From the NCBI GenBank assembly GCA_913050005.1, contig CAJXBI010000004.1, forward strand, positions 3,116 to 67,115: DNA of 64,000 nucleotides. The letters are read 5' to 3'. Below the pieces are notes generated by a model. It did not search any database, was not told where the DNA came from, and worked only from the letters and a program-made list of their open reading frames with translations. Positions 1 through 10,222 of this stretch are shown here, in pieces. How positions within the stretch are numbered: the first letter of the stretch is position 1; each line of letters starts with the position of its first letter. Made by a program: the position numbers and the translations under genes. The DNA is from an uncultured Bacteroidota bacterium (GTDB lineage Bacteria; Bacteroidota; Bacteroidia; NS11-12g; UBA9320).

Positions 1-485
1 AAGTTGGCACGATATTATTTTTCAAATTAGTATATATTTCATATATGCTTGTGTTACCATATTTGGTCCTAGATTTTGCTTTTTGGCAAGTCATTATTGG
101 AATATTTTCACTTGAATTTGTGGCCGGAATGATATTGTCAGTGATTTTTCAGATGGCTCATGTAGTAGATAAGTTTGACTTGTCTAATCACGATAAATTT
201 GATGGAACTACAAAAGATGAGTGGACAGTTCATCAAATACATAACACATTCGATTTTGCAGTTAAAAACAAACTAATAACATGGTATTGCGGTGGGTTAA
301 ATTTCCAAGTGATTCATCACTTATTTCCTACTATATCTCATGCTCACTACCCTAATCTTTATGAGATTGTAAGGGAAACATCTCTAAAGCACGGTATAAA
401 TTATCAAGAATTTAAAACATTCAGAGAGGCTTTTATTTCTCACTTGGTCTTTCTTAAGAAATTGGGGAGCCCACAATTTGTCTAA
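1..485 (+). CDS. Membrane fatty-acid desaturase, C-terminal part (5' end upstream of window)
   Basis: Frame is open from base 3 with no stop before the ATG at 45. The third histidine box 'GGLNFQVIHHLFP' is the QxxHH variant. The N-terminal segment is hydrophobic. Confidence 0.75.
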   Translation, partial: VGTILFFKLVYISYMLVLPYLVLDFAFWQVIIGIFSLEFVAGMILSVIFQMAHVVDKFDLSNHDKFDGTTKDEWTVHQIHNTFDFAVKNKLITWYCGGLNFQVIHHLFPTISHAHYPNLYEIVRETSLKHGINYQEFKTFREAFISHLVFLKKLGSPQFV

Positions 486-587
486 ATCCAAGTAGTTGTA
501 CTATTTATAAAACAGATGCGTTTATAAGTTAACGTATTTAAGTCCTTACTATTAAGTAATTGTTACCTCTTTTGTGGAATACTTATT

Positions 588-3509
588 ATGCGTATTCGAT
601 TAGTTGATTTGTCAAAGTTTTCATTTTTATACATAGGATTATTATTGGCAGTTAAATTATTAGCACCACCTAACACTTTTAATCAAATACATTCAAAAAC
701 GTGGGCAGAAACGATTTTTGATTCTTTGTCTGTTGATGAGAGATTAGCTCAGCTGTTTATGATTGAGGTCAGACCAACTTATGGATCAAAGCATATCGCA
801 AATGTTGAAAAATTAATCCGTGACCATCAAGTTGGCGGAGTTGTTTTTTTTAAGGGGAATCCAGCAGAACAAGTTAAATTAACCAATAAATTTCAGGCAT
901 TAAGTAAAACGAAAATGCTTGTTGCAATAGATGGCGAATGGGGACTAGCTATGCGGTTATCTAATACTATTTCGTATCCATACCAACTTGGTTTAGGTGG
1001 CATTGCTGATAATAAAATTATTTATGATATGGGCAGGGAGATAGGTCGGCAGTGCAAGCGCATTGGGATTCACGTAAATTTTGCTCCAGTAATTGATGTA
1101 AATAATAACCCTAACAATCCAGTCATAAATTATCGGTCTTTTGGTGAAGACCCCATGAAAGTATCCGAAAAAGGTTGGGCTTATGCAAAAGGAATGCAAG
1201 ACGAGGGGATTATCGCTTGTGCGAAACATTTTCCGGGCCATGGTGATACTGATGTTGATTCACACAAGGATTTGCCGGTTATAAATCATGATATGGACAG
1301 ACTCAGATCTGTAGAATTTAAGCCATTTGAGTATATGATAGATAAAGGTGTAATGTCTGTAATGACGGCTCATTTATTCATCCCAGCTATTGACAGCTCA
1401 AGGAATGTAGCGATGAGTATTTCAAATAAAGCAATCAACGGCTTATTGAGAAGAGAATTTGGGTTTAAGGGTCTCTCATTTACAGATGCATTGAACATGC
1501 AAGGAGTGGCTAAATACCACCCAAATGGTGAATTAGAATTAAAGGCACTCATGGCGGGTAATGATGTTTTATTAGCACCAGGAGACATTCCAAAGGCAAA
1601 AATGTTGATTAAACAAGCAATGGCCGATGGTCGATTAAGCGAGGAATATGTATGGGGTAAGGTTCACAAAATATTAAATTTCAAACATGCTATGGGTTTG
1701 AATAAATTCACACCGATTTCAGAACATAATGTCATTAAAGATCTAAACAGTACTACAGCCCAGCATATAAATTATCAATTAGTTGAGCAGGAGTTATGCC
1801 TCTTAAATGATACTAACTCAATTATACCAATTAGTAAAACAAGTAACAATTCAATATTGTCTATTGCGGTAGGTAATGGTACAATCAATACTTTTCAAAA
1901 AGAATTAAAAAAACTTGGAGACGTGGACCTAAAGACTATCAGTAAAAATGCATCATTTAATCAGTTTGATGCTTTAAAAGTATTGGTAGGTCAATATGAC
2001 CGAGTTATCATATCGTTACATAATACAAGCAAGTATCCGCCAAATTTTGGTGTTACCAATCAGACATCAAAATTTTTGAATCAAGTTGGTCAAAAATCCA
2101 ATGTTCTTTTAGTCGATTTTGGTAATCCCTATAACTTAAAAAAATTTAATAATCAAAACGCAGTGCTTGTTGCTTATGAAGATCAGAAAGCTCACCATAT
2201 AAAAGCAGCACAAGCAATTTTTGGCATTCATGGCATAAATGGTACTCTTCCAGTGACTGTAGGTTTAGCATATAAAGCATCCATGGGCAAAAGCACACAT
2301 TCAATTCAGGAGTTGTCTTCAGGAATACCAGAGGAGGTTGGAATGTCAAGTAGTAAATTAAATCAAATTGATAACATTGTTAGTCAAGCTATAAGAACGA
2401 GAGCTACGCCAGGCTGTCAAGTTCTTGTAGTAAAAAACGGTCGAGTTGTATATGATAAGGGTTTTGGAAGTCACACTTTTAGAAATAAGGTTAATGTTAA
2501 AAAAACAGATTTATACGATTTAGCATCCATCACAAAAGTAGCTGTAACTACTTTATCGCTAATGAAGCTTCAAGAAGATGGCAAATTATCTATTAATGAC
2601 AAAATGGTGAAGTATTTACCAGAGTTGATAAGCTCAAATAAATCACATATGACGATTAAAATGGTATTAGAGCACAAAGCAGGATTAAAAAGTTGGATAC
2701 CGTTTTATAAAAGAACTGTTATGGGCACACCAGTGTTTGACTCCATTTATTCACAGACTGCTACCGATACCCATACTTATGTAGGCAATGATTTGTACAT
2801 GTTATCTTCTTATAAAAAGCAGATTAGAAAAGAAATTTTGAATTCGGAATTAGGTACTGTAGGTAAATATAAATACAGTGATCTTGGAATGATATTAATG
2901 AGGGATTTAATTGAGCGGGTAACTGGTGTGGCATTGGAATATTATGTAGACTCTGTATTTTATCGCCCTTTGGGCGTCAAGAGAATGACCTATTTGCCGT
3001 TAAATAAATTTAAAAAATCAGAGATAATTCCAACATCTATTAGTCCAGACATGCGAGACGGTCTTGTGCATGGGTTTGTTCATGACCCAGCAGCAGCCAT
3101 GCTTGGAGGCGTTTCAGGTCATGCCGGATTATTCAGTGACTCAAAATCGTTGGCAATACTTATGAAAATGTTATTGAATGGAGGTATGTATAATGGTGTG
3201 AGATATTTAAAAAAAGAAACCATAACTCGGTTTACATCCAAACAATCACGTGATTCCAGAAGAGGAATTGGTTGGGATAAGCCAGAGTTCAACAGGCGAT
3301 ATATAAATTTAGCATCTGATTATGCATCATCTATGTGTTTTGGTCACACAGGTTTTACAGGGACTATGGTTTGGGCCGATCCTAAATATGATTTAATTTA
3401 TGTGTTTTTAAGTAATCGGGTTTATCCAAGTCAAGAAAATAAAAAATTACTAAGACAAAATGTTCGAACAAATATTATGGATATAATTTATGAAAGTTTT
3501 TTGCAGTAG
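588..3509 (+). CDS. Glycoside hydrolase family 3 (NagZ-like beta-N-acetylhexosaminidase) fused to a beta-lactamase/AmpH-family serine hydrolase
   Basis: 973 aa. GH3 motifs 'KHFPGHGDTDVDSHKDLP' and 'KGLSFTDALNM' in the N-terminal half. C-terminal half has SxxK ('ASITKV') and 'GHTGFTG' (HTG in place of KTG). N-terminal hydrophobic signal/anchor. Confidence 0.85.
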   Translation: MRIRLVDLSKFSFLYIGLLLAVKLLAPPNTFNQIHSKTWAETIFDSLSVDERLAQLFMIEVRPTYGSKHIANVEKLIRDHQVGGVVFFKGNPAEQVKLTNKFQALSKTKMLVAIDGEWGLAMRLSNTISYPYQLGLGGIADNKIIYDMGREIGRQCKRIGIHVNFAPVIDVNNNPNNPVINYRSFGEDPMKVSEKGWAYAKGMQDEGIIACAKHFPGHGDTDVDSHKDLPVINHDMDRLRSVEFKPFEYMIDKGVMSVMTAHLFIPAIDSSRNVAMSISNKAINGLLRREFGFKGLSFTDALNMQGVAKYHPNGELELKALMAGNDVLLAPGDIPKAKMLIKQAMADGRLSEEYVWGKVHKILNFKHAMGLNKFTPISEHNVIKDLNSTTAQHINYQLVEQELCLLNDTNSIIPISKTSNNSILSIAVGNGTINTFQKELKKLGDVDLKTISKNASFNQFDALKVLVGQYDRVIISLHNTSKYPPNFGVTNQTSKFLNQVGQKSNVLLVDFGNPYNLKKFNNQNAVLVAYEDQKAHHIKAAQAIFGIHGINGTLPVTVGLAYKASMGKSTHSIQELSSGIPEEVGMSSSKLNQIDNIVSQAIRTRATPGCQVLVVKNGRVVYDKGFGSHTFRNKVNVKKTDLYDLASITKVAVTTLSLMKLQEDGKLSINDKMVKYLPELISSNKSHMTIKMVLEHKAGLKSWIPFYKRTVMGTPVFDSIYSQTATDTHTYVGNDLYMLSSYKKQIRKEILNSELGTVGKYKYSDLGMILMRDLIERVTGVALEYYVDSVFYRPLGVKRMTYLPLNKFKKSEIIPTSISPDMRDGLVHGFVHDPAAAMLGGVSGHAGLFSDSKSLAILMKMLLNGGMYNGVRYLKKETITRFTSKQSRDSRRGIGWDKPEFNRRYINLASDYASSMCFGHTGFTGTMVWADPKYDLIYVFLSNRVYPSQENKKLLRQNVRTNIMDIIYESFLQ

Positions 3510-3551
3510 ATTTCATTTATGATATAGATTCGCTTCATTAAATTAATTACT

Positions 3552-4280
3552 ATGAAAAAATATATTTTACTTTCCTTATTCTCATTCGCTCTTATTTCGT
3601 GTGACGAAGTTCTAGATGTATTAGCCACGGCAAGTACAACAACATCGAGTATTAGTCAATCTGAAGCCTCCTCCGGCTTAAAACAAGCATTAGAAGTTGG
3701 AGTAAATACAGGGACATCATTTTTAGGTAAGGTGGATGGCTTTTTAGGAAATAACACCTACAAAATATTAATGCCTGTTGAAGTTCAAAGTGCTGTTTCT
3801 AAAATAAGAGGTAATCCAATCACTAACCGTTTAGCGGGATCTTATTTAGATAAATTAGTAACTGCAATGAATAGGGGTGCAGAAAATGCAATGGTTGAGG
3901 CAAAGCCCATATTTGTTAATGCAATTAAGTCAATGAGTATTTCAGATGCTATTTCTATTGTAGTAGGTGGAGATGGAGCAGCAACAAAGTATTTACAAAA
4001 AACCATTTCTGACCAGTTGAAGAATAAATTTTATCCCGTAATAAAAACCTCACTAGAGCAGGTAAAAGTTAATGAACCATGGACAAAGGTGAGCTCTGCT
4101 TATAATACAGTAGTGGGCAAGCAAGTTCAAACGGATTTGAATGAGTATGTAACAAATAAAGCTATGGCAGCCTTATTCGCTCAAATTAAAAAGGAAGAGG
4201 ATAAAATTAGATCAAGCCTTATATCAAGAACTACAGACTTATTGAAAAAAGTTTTTGGTTATGCGGATAGTCAAAAATAG
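3552..4280 (+). CDS. DUF4197-family lipoprotein
   Basis: Lipobox 'LISC'. Overall pattern recalled for DUF4197 ('ASSGLKQALEVG', 'GFLGN', 'AKPIFVNAIKSM', 'RTTDLLKKVFG'). Confidence 0.7.
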   Translation: MKKYILLSLFSFALISCDEVLDVLATASTTTSSISQSEASSGLKQALEVGVNTGTSFLGKVDGFLGNNTYKILMPVEVQSAVSKIRGNPITNRLAGSYLDKLVTAMNRGAENAMVEAKPIFVNAIKSMSISDAISIVVGGDGAATKYLQKTISDQLKNKFYPVIKTSLEQVKVNEPWTKVSSAYNTVVGKQVQTDLNEYVTNKAMAALFAQIKKEEDKIRSSLISRTTDLLKKVFGYADSQK

Positions 4281-4292
4281 TTTAGAGAGGGT

Positions 4293-5480
4293 TTAACATT
4301 CTATGGCAATAATTCCTGGTAATTTTTTTCCTTCAAAATATTCGAGCAAAGCACCGCCACCTGTTGATACATAACTTACTTGTTTAGTATACCCGAACTT
4401 TTTAACAGCAGCACTACTATCACCACCACCTATAAGAGAAAAGGCTCCATTGTTTGTAGCTAAAGCCACAGCCTTAGCAATTGATTTTGTACCGTTTTCA
4501 AATGTATTCATTTCAAACACTCCCATAGGGCCATTCCATAAAATAGTTTCGGATTGCTTAAGCACGTTTGTGAACGTTGATATGGCATCGCCCCCAATAT
4601 CAAGGCCCATCCATCCGTCAGGTATTTGGTCACTTTGGCAATTTTTTGTGTTAGCATTATTATCAAATTTATCGGCGATTATGCTGTCTTGAGGAAGGTG
4701 AATTTGAACATTTTTTTTCTTTGCTTCTATAAGAATTTCACGACAAGTTTCAACTCGTTCTTCTTCAAATAAAGAATTGCCAATTGTTCCGCCTTGAGCA
4801 AACTTAAAAGTGTAAGCCATACCACCTCCAATAATAATATGGTCAGCTATATTTAGTAGGTTTTGAATAATTAGTATTTTATCACTCACTTTGGCACCTC
4901 CAACAACTGCCGTGAATGGTTTTTTGGGATTTTTCAGCAAAATTGAGGCATTACAAATTTCTTTAGTCATCAAATATCCAAAGCACTTGTCAGTGAAGTA
5001 CCTAGCTATGACAGCAGTGCTTGCATGAGGTCGGTGAGCTGTTCCAAATGCATCATTCACATAAATTTCACCATGTTCTGAAAGTTTCTTAGCAAAATCA
5101 TTATTTCCAGTTGTTTCTTCTGGATAAAAACGTAAATTTTCAAGTAAATGGATTGTACCAATTTCCAGTTTTTTGCTAATATTTATAGCTTCTTTTGAGA
5201 CACAATCATCTGAAAAAAGCACCTTAGTCCCCGTTAATGTTTCTAAATGAGAGACAAGATGTTTCAATGAAAATTTGTTTTCAGGTCCATTCTTAGGTCT
5301 TCCAAGATGTGATATCAAAACAACAGAACCGCCGTCACTCAAAATTTTTTTGATAGTAGAAAGTGATTCAGTTATTCTGGTGTCATCTTGGATCATAAAA
5401 GATTCATCAAGAGGAACATTATAATCTACACGTATTAAAGCCCTTTTCTCTTTGAAAGAGAAAGTATCTATCGTTTTCAT
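4293..5480 (-). CDS. pgk: Phosphoglycerate kinase
   Basis: 395 aa. 'RVDYNVPL', 'SHLGRPK', 'GGGDS' and 'STGGGA' motifs. Its start overlaps the upstream stop by 1 nt (TAATG). Confidence 0.97.
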   Translation of the reverse strand: MKTIDTFSFKEKRALIRVDYNVPLDESFMIQDDTRITESLSTIKKILSDGGSVVLISHLGRPKNGPENKFSLKHLVSHLETLTGTKVLFSDDCVSKEAINISKKLEIGTIHLLENLRFYPEETTGNNDFAKKLSEHGEIYVNDAFGTAHRPHASTAVIARYFTDKCFGYLMTKEICNASILLKNPKKPFTAVVGGAKVSDKILIIQNLLNIADHIIIGGGMAYTFKFAQGGTIGNSLFEEERVETCREILIEAKKKNVQIHLPQDSIIADKFDNNANTKNCQSDQIPDGWMGLDIGGDAISTFTNVLKQSETILWNGPMGVFEMNTFENGTKSIAKAVALATNNGAFSLIGGGDSSAAVKKFGYTKQVSYVSTGGGALLEYFEGKKLPGIIAIEC

Positions 5481-6220
5481 TATTTCAATTCAGAAAATGT
5501 TTTGGCTGCATCAAATTTTTCAGCAGCTTCACCCACACTCTCTATGTCAATATTATTTATGTAAATAGGGTCTAAAGGCATATCCCTTCCATCTCTAGGA
5601 GCATTTGCAATAGCCAGAGCAACATTCATTCCTTCAACAATATGACCAAAAACAGAATGTCTACCGTCAAGGTGTGGGGTAGGAGCTACTGTGATAAAAA
5701 ACTGACTTCCGTTTGTTCCTGGACCAGCATTTGCCATGGATAAAACCCCTGGTATGTCATGTTTTAGGTCTGGATGAAACTCGTCTCTGAACGAATAACC
5801 AGGACCACCCATACCCATCCCCATTGGATCTCCTCCTTGAATCATAAAATTAGGAATAACTCTGTGAAATGTTATACCATCGTAATAGGGAGTATTTTCT
5901 GGTTTTGCTTCGTTAGTAATTTTACCTTCTGCTAAACCTACAAAATTAGCAACTGTTAAAGGAGTTTTTTCGAACTCTAATGAGATAACTATTTCTCCTT
6001 TTGAAGTATTCATTTTAGCGTATAAACCATTTTTCATTTTTGTATTTTTATTATTGATTGAATTATTTTCCTTTAATTGAATAGAATCGACTTTAATAGT
6101 TTTTTCGATAGTTTTTATAATTTTAGATTTTTTTTCATTTGCATTACCAGTTGACTTATAGTCACATGCACAAACCGTGAACAAGGATAATGTTACGCAT
6201 AGAAGTTTCTTTTTATTCAT
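5480..6220 (-). CDS. Cyclophilin-type peptidyl-prolyl cis-trans isomerase, secreted or lipoprotein
   Basis: '[15 protein letters not shown]' and '[17 protein letters not shown]'. I place the start at ATG 6220 ('[19 protein letters not shown]' signal/lipobox). The longer track ORF to 6331 would overlap pnuC. Confidence 0.9.
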   Translation of the reverse strand: MNKKKLLCVTLSLFTVCACDYKSTGNANEKKSKIIKTIEKTIKVDSIQLKENNSINNKNTKMKNGLYAKMNTSKGEIVISLEFEKTPLTVANFVGLAEGKITNEAKPENTPYYDGITFHRVIPNFMIQGGDPMGMGMGGPGYSFRDEFHPDLKHDIPGVLSMANAGPGTNGSQFFITVAPTPHLDGRHSVFGHIVEGMNVALAIANAPRDGRDMPLDPIYINNIDIESVGEAAEKFDAAKTFSELK

Positions 6221-6278
6221 ATTTAAAAGTCTAAAATAAGTATGCAAACTTAAGGCATGTCCCTTCTTGATAAAATTT

Positions 6279-6851
6279 TTAAAGTGATTTTTGCAAAGAT
6301 ATAGTTCTCTTATACCATTTATTATAACCATAAATAGACAACAGCGTATAAATTATCATCTGAATAGCAAGAAAGTCTAGTTCTTTAATGTCGTATAACC
6401 AAATAGTATATGCATTTATAACAATCCAAAAACTCCATGAAACCAAGTATTTATATAGCTCTAGAAATGTGGCAATAACTCCAAACACACTACTTATAGC
6501 GTCATAATAAGGTTTGGATGCATTTGTTTTAGTCATAAGGTATCCCAAGCCAAAAGAGATAAGTAATCCAGCTAGAGTAATATTAATAATTTTTATCCAT
6601 TGCATTCTTTTGACTTTAAAGTCAAAGGAGCTTTTATTACTCCAATATATATAACCATATACACCTATTAAACCATAAAAAATATATAATAGTGTTTCGG
6701 AATAATAGTTGTTTTTGAAAAGAACTAAGGCTCCCAATAGCGAACCAATTATTCCAAAAATCCAACAAACTTTTTTTTCTTTCGTCAAAAAAACCAGAAA
6801 AAATATGTTAAACACAACACTTAAAAGTTCTATGATTTTTAGATAATCCAA
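6279..6851 (-). CDS. pnuC: Nicotinamide riboside transporter PnuC family
   Basis: 190 aa polytopic membrane protein. N-terminal and 'WxxxxxxNxxxW'-like aromatic-rich pattern typical of PnuC. Confidence 0.7.
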   Translation of the reverse strand: MDYLKIIELLSVVFNIFFLVFLTKEKKVCWIFGIIGSLLGALVLFKNNYYSETLLYIFYGLIGVYGYIYWSNKSSFDFKVKRMQWIKIINITLAGLLISFGLGYLMTKTNASKPYYDAISSVFGVIATFLELYKYLVSWSFWIVINAYTIWLYDIKELDFLAIQMIIYTLLSIYGYNKWYKRTISLQKSL

Positions 6852-6894
6852 CGACCTATTGTTTTTTATATTTAGCTTCGCAAAACTAATTAAT

Positions 6895-8160
6895 ATGCTA
6901 CGACTAATCAGATATATCCTAATTATATCATTTACCTTTTCAACATTTTTGGTTTTATCTCAAAATGTAACTCAAGCGAATGAAACTGTTCAAATATTGT
7001 GTTCAGATGAATTTGCTGGAAGAGGTTATGTTGATAGTGGCGATAGAGTTGCTGCTAATTATATAGTAAAACGATTTAAATCCTTGTCGCTAAAATCATT
7101 TGAAAAGGGCTATAAACAACCCTTTGATCTCTCAGTAAATAACATCACCTCAACAAAACTTCTTTTAGATAATAAAGAATTAAAATCCGGTTTTGATTAT
7201 TTAGTAGCTCCAAGTTCTCCAACACTTTCGGGAGATTATAAGGTATTTCATATTTCTCAAAAAATGCTTTATTCCAATCGTATTGTAAAAAAGGTTTGTA
7301 AAGCAATCAAACGCGGATATGTTCCTGTTATTTCAAGTTTTGACAAAAAAAATCAAGCTCTTAAAAAGACAATTAGCGAAATTCAAAAATTATCAGATAA
7401 GGGACCAATAATTTTTTTAAAAGACAAATTATCGTGGAGTGTTTCTACAACTCAGTCAAAGGGTGTTGAAATTTGGATGTTAGATTCTGTATTTAATCGA
7501 TTTTCCAAAGATATACATATTAATATTACTTCAATATTTGTATCTTCTTATGAGTCAAATAATGTAGTAGGATACGTTGAGGGTATTGAATACCCAGATA
7601 GTTTTATCATTTTGTGTGGGCATTACGACCATTTGGGTAAAATGGGAGATGCAATATTTTATGGAGCCAATGACAATGCTAGTGGTATAGCTATGCTATT
7701 GGATTTAGCATCGTACTTTTCTGAACATCCCCAAAAGTATAGTGTTGCTTTTATTGCTTTTGGTGGCGAGGAGTTGGGATTGCTTGGGTCTTTAAATTAT
7801 ATTAGAAATCCCTTAATTCCCTTAAACCGCACAAAATTTGTTTTTAATATGGATTTAATGGGTGACGGAAGCAAAGGTGCAACAATTGTAAACGGAAAAA
7901 TTTATAAATCGTATTTTGAACAGTTAACTAAGATAAATTCAGAGGGGAGTTACTTACCTGCTATTCACTCAAGAGGAAAAGCAGCGAATAGCGATCATTA
8001 TTTCTTTTCTGAGGCGGGTGTGCCATCTTTTTTTATATATCTGATGGGTGATTATGATTTTTATCATATCCCTCAAGATAATTCGTTCAATCTGAAGCTT
8101 GGAGAATTTTATAATCAGAGTTTTCTATTGATTAGAAAATTTATAACTGAACTTAACTAA
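6895..8160 (+). CDS. M28-family zinc aminopeptidase (secreted)
   Basis: 'CGHYDHLG', 'GANDNASG' and 'FGGEELGLLGS' metal-ligand blocks. I prefer ATG 6895 (signal peptide 'MLRLIRYILIISF...') over the TTG at 6859. Confidence 0.8.
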   Translation: MLRLIRYILIISFTFSTFLVLSQNVTQANETVQILCSDEFAGRGYVDSGDRVAANYIVKRFKSLSLKSFEKGYKQPFDLSVNNITSTKLLLDNKELKSGFDYLVAPSSPTLSGDYKVFHISQKMLYSNRIVKKVCKAIKRGYVPVISSFDKKNQALKKTISEIQKLSDKGPIIFLKDKLSWSVSTTQSKGVEIWMLDSVFNRFSKDIHINITSIFVSSYESNNVVGYVEGIEYPDSFIILCGHYDHLGKMGDAIFYGANDNASGIAMLLDLASYFSEHPQKYSVAFIAFGGEELGLLGSLNYIRNPLIPLNRTKFVFNMDLMGDGSKGATIVNGKIYKSYFEQLTKINSEGSYLPAIHSRGKAANSDHYFFSEAGVPSFFIYLMGDYDFYHIPQDNSFNLKLGEFYNQSFLLIRKFITELN

Positions 8161-8225
8161 TTAATTAGGCATTGATAATAAGTTTTTAAATCTTTGTGCA
8201 TTTAAAAAGATAAATATTTAATACC

Positions 8226-8954
8226 ATGAAAAACATTTATATAGCATTTGTTCCTGCATTTTTATTGTTCCTTTTCTCTTGTGGTGCAGAAAACACAGAG
8301 AATCATATTTCTGATGGGGGAAGACTTGACGCAAGCACATTTCAGTCAAAAATCGAAACTGAAAAAAAAAATATTTTGGTGGATGTTAGAAGTCCAGAAG
8401 AGTTTGCATCAAATCATATAAAAGGAGCAGTAAATATTAATATCAATTCTTCTGAGTTTGAGGAAAAAATCAAATTGATTGACAAGTCTAATACAATATT
8501 AGTTTATTGCAAATCAGGCGGCAGGAGTTCAAAAGCGTATAACACAATGCAGAACTTTGGCTACAATGTATACGAATTAAGAGGCGGTATATTAAAGTGG
8601 CAATCCGCTGGCTACCCAATAGAAGTTTCATCGACTAAAAGTAACTCGGGGTATACACTAAAGACCTATACTGAAGCCGTTAATTCAAATAGTTTGATTT
8701 TGGTCGATTTTTATGCCACATGGTGTGGTCCATGTAAAAAAATGGCTCCACACATTATGTCTTTAAAAGCTAAGTATGGGGATGCGATTACAATAGTCAA
8801 AGTTGATACTGATAAGAGTATAGAGGTTTCTAAACACTTTAAAATTAGCGCAATACCTCTAGTTAAAATATATAAGGATGGTAAGGAGGTTTATAATAAA
8901 ATAGGCTATCACTCTGAAGAAGATTTAGAGACCGCCTTTTCCTTATATCTCTAA
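8226..8954 (+). CDS. Lipoprotein with rhodanese domain fused to thioredoxin domain
   Basis: Lipobox 'LFSCG'. Rhodanese active-site loop 'YCKSGGRS'. Thioredoxin 'WCGPCK' and 'IPLVKIYKDG'. Confidence 0.85.
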   Translation: MKNIYIAFVPAFLLFLFSCGAENTENHISDGGRLDASTFQSKIETEKKNILVDVRSPEEFASNHIKGAVNININSSEFEEKIKLIDKSNTILVYCKSGGRSSKAYNTMQNFGYNVYELRGGILKWQSAGYPIEVSSTKSNSGYTLKTYTEAVNSNSLILVDFYATWCGPCKKMAPHIMSLKAKYGDAITIVKVDTDKSIEVSKHFKISAIPLVKIYKDGKEVYNKIGYHSEEDLETAFSLYL

Positions 8955-10004
8955 TTAAGAATTATCAGCTTTAAAATTTTCCCATCCTTGAGCTTCAAGG
9001 GTTACAATATTTCCCGATTTTGTAACTAGTTCTTTACCTTCATGAGGGGCTGTGCAGTAGCCTATAGTTGTAATATCCATGGAGTTTTTGATTTTATCGT
9101 AATCAGATTGTGGAATTGTAAATAAAAGTTCATAGTCTTCACCACCATTCATAGCACAAGTAGTAGGTGACAAATTGAACTCTAGAGCTGTATCATAAGT
9201 AATTTGGTCAATTGGCAGCTTATCCTCATAAATTTTTACCCCAATATTAGATTGTTTACATAGATGAAATAACTCACTTGAAAGACCATCGGAAATATCA
9301 ATCATCGCATTTGGAACAACAGCTAGTTTTTCAAGCAAATCAACGATGTCTTTTCTGGCTTCTGGTCGGAGTTGTCTTCCTACTATGTAGTCTTTACCTT
9401 CCAAGTCAGGTTGCATTTCTTTAGACTCAAGATATACCTGTTTTTCGCGTTCTAGAACTTGTAAACCCATATATGCACCGCCTAAATCACCTGATAAACA
9501 AATTAAATCTCCTTCTTTTGCTCCAGATCTTGTGGTGATTGTTTTTCGATCAGCATATCCGATTGCAGTTACGGAAATAACTAGTCCGGTAACAGAACTA
9601 CTCGTGTCTCCACCAATAAGTTGTACATCAAATTTTTCGCAAGCAGCTCTAATTCCTACATAAAGCTCTTCAACGGCTTGAAGGGTATATTTACTGGACA
9701 AAGCGACTGACACCAATACTTGTGAGGTATTTGCATTCATAGCACATATATCACTTATATTGGAAGAAATAGCTTTATACCCAATATGAACAAGTGGAGA
9801 ATACATGATATCAAAATGAATGTTCTCGATTAGCATATCAGTACTGATGACCTGAAGTTTTCCTTTTGATTGAAGTATAGCTGCGTCATCACCAATACCC
9901 AAAACTGTTTCATTTTTTGTAATTGTAAATGGCTCAGTTATATGGTCGATTAACTTAAATTCCCCCAGTGAGCTTATTGAAGTTTTATCTTTATGTTCAA
10001 ACAT
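8955..10004 (-). CDS. thiL: Thiamine-monophosphate kinase
   Basis: 'GEFKLIDHI', 'IGDDAA' and AIR-synthase-like fold motifs. The start is either ATG 10004 (M23 of the track ORF) or 10070. Confidence 0.85.
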   Translation of the reverse strand: MFEHKDKTSISSLGEFKLIDHITEPFTITKNETVLGIGDDAAILQSKGKLQVISTDMLIENIHFDIMYSPLVHIGYKAISSNISDICAMNANTSQVLVSVALSSKYTLQAVEELYVGIRAACEKFDVQLIGGDTSSSVTGLVISVTAIGYADRKTITTRSGAKEGDLICLSGDLGGAYMGLQVLEREKQVYLESKEMQPDLEGKDYIVGRQLRPEARKDIVDLLEKLAVVPNAMIDISDGLSSELFHLCKQSNIGVKIYEDKLPIDQITYDTALEFNLSPTTCAMNGGEDYELLFTIPQSDYDKIKNSMDITTIGYCTAPHEGKELVTKSGNIVTLEAQGWENFKADNS

Positions 10005-10222
10005 AATTTTTCGCAAAGTTCTCTCATTTAAATTAATTTGAGCATGATATGAAAAATTTCTTTGATTCATTCATTAAATCACCATACTCAAATTCACGTA
10101 TTTGCAAAGGCTACCTAAGTAGTCAGGAAAAATTTTCGGTGATTTATTTAATTTTAAGATGTGGTCCAACCTTGTTGACTGAATGAAATTCAAGGTTAAG
10201 CAAAGCATAGCTTTGGCAGTTG

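Noticed and set aside
6221-6331. N-terminal extension of the cyclophilin ORF ([17 protein letters not shown]...)
   Set aside because: It would overlap the pnuC 3' end by 53 nt and precedes an obvious signal peptide that starts at ATG 6220.
8362-8371. A10 homopolymer inside the rhodanese-thioredoxin gene as a phase-variation switch
   Set aside because: A/T runs of 8-10 nt are frequent throughout this AT- and Lys-rich genome (for example 19501-19509 in the helicase gene). There is no evidence of a frameshifted allele.
10071-10222. Possible TPP riboswitch upstream of thiL
   Set aside because: Read on the minus strand, the 152-nt gap lacks the conserved CUGAGA / ACCUGAUCUGGAUAAUGCCAGC-like core. 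It has only short hairpins (AACCTTG...CAAGGTT; CAAAGC-tat-GCTTTG), which more likely terminate the upstream T9SS cargo gene weakly.
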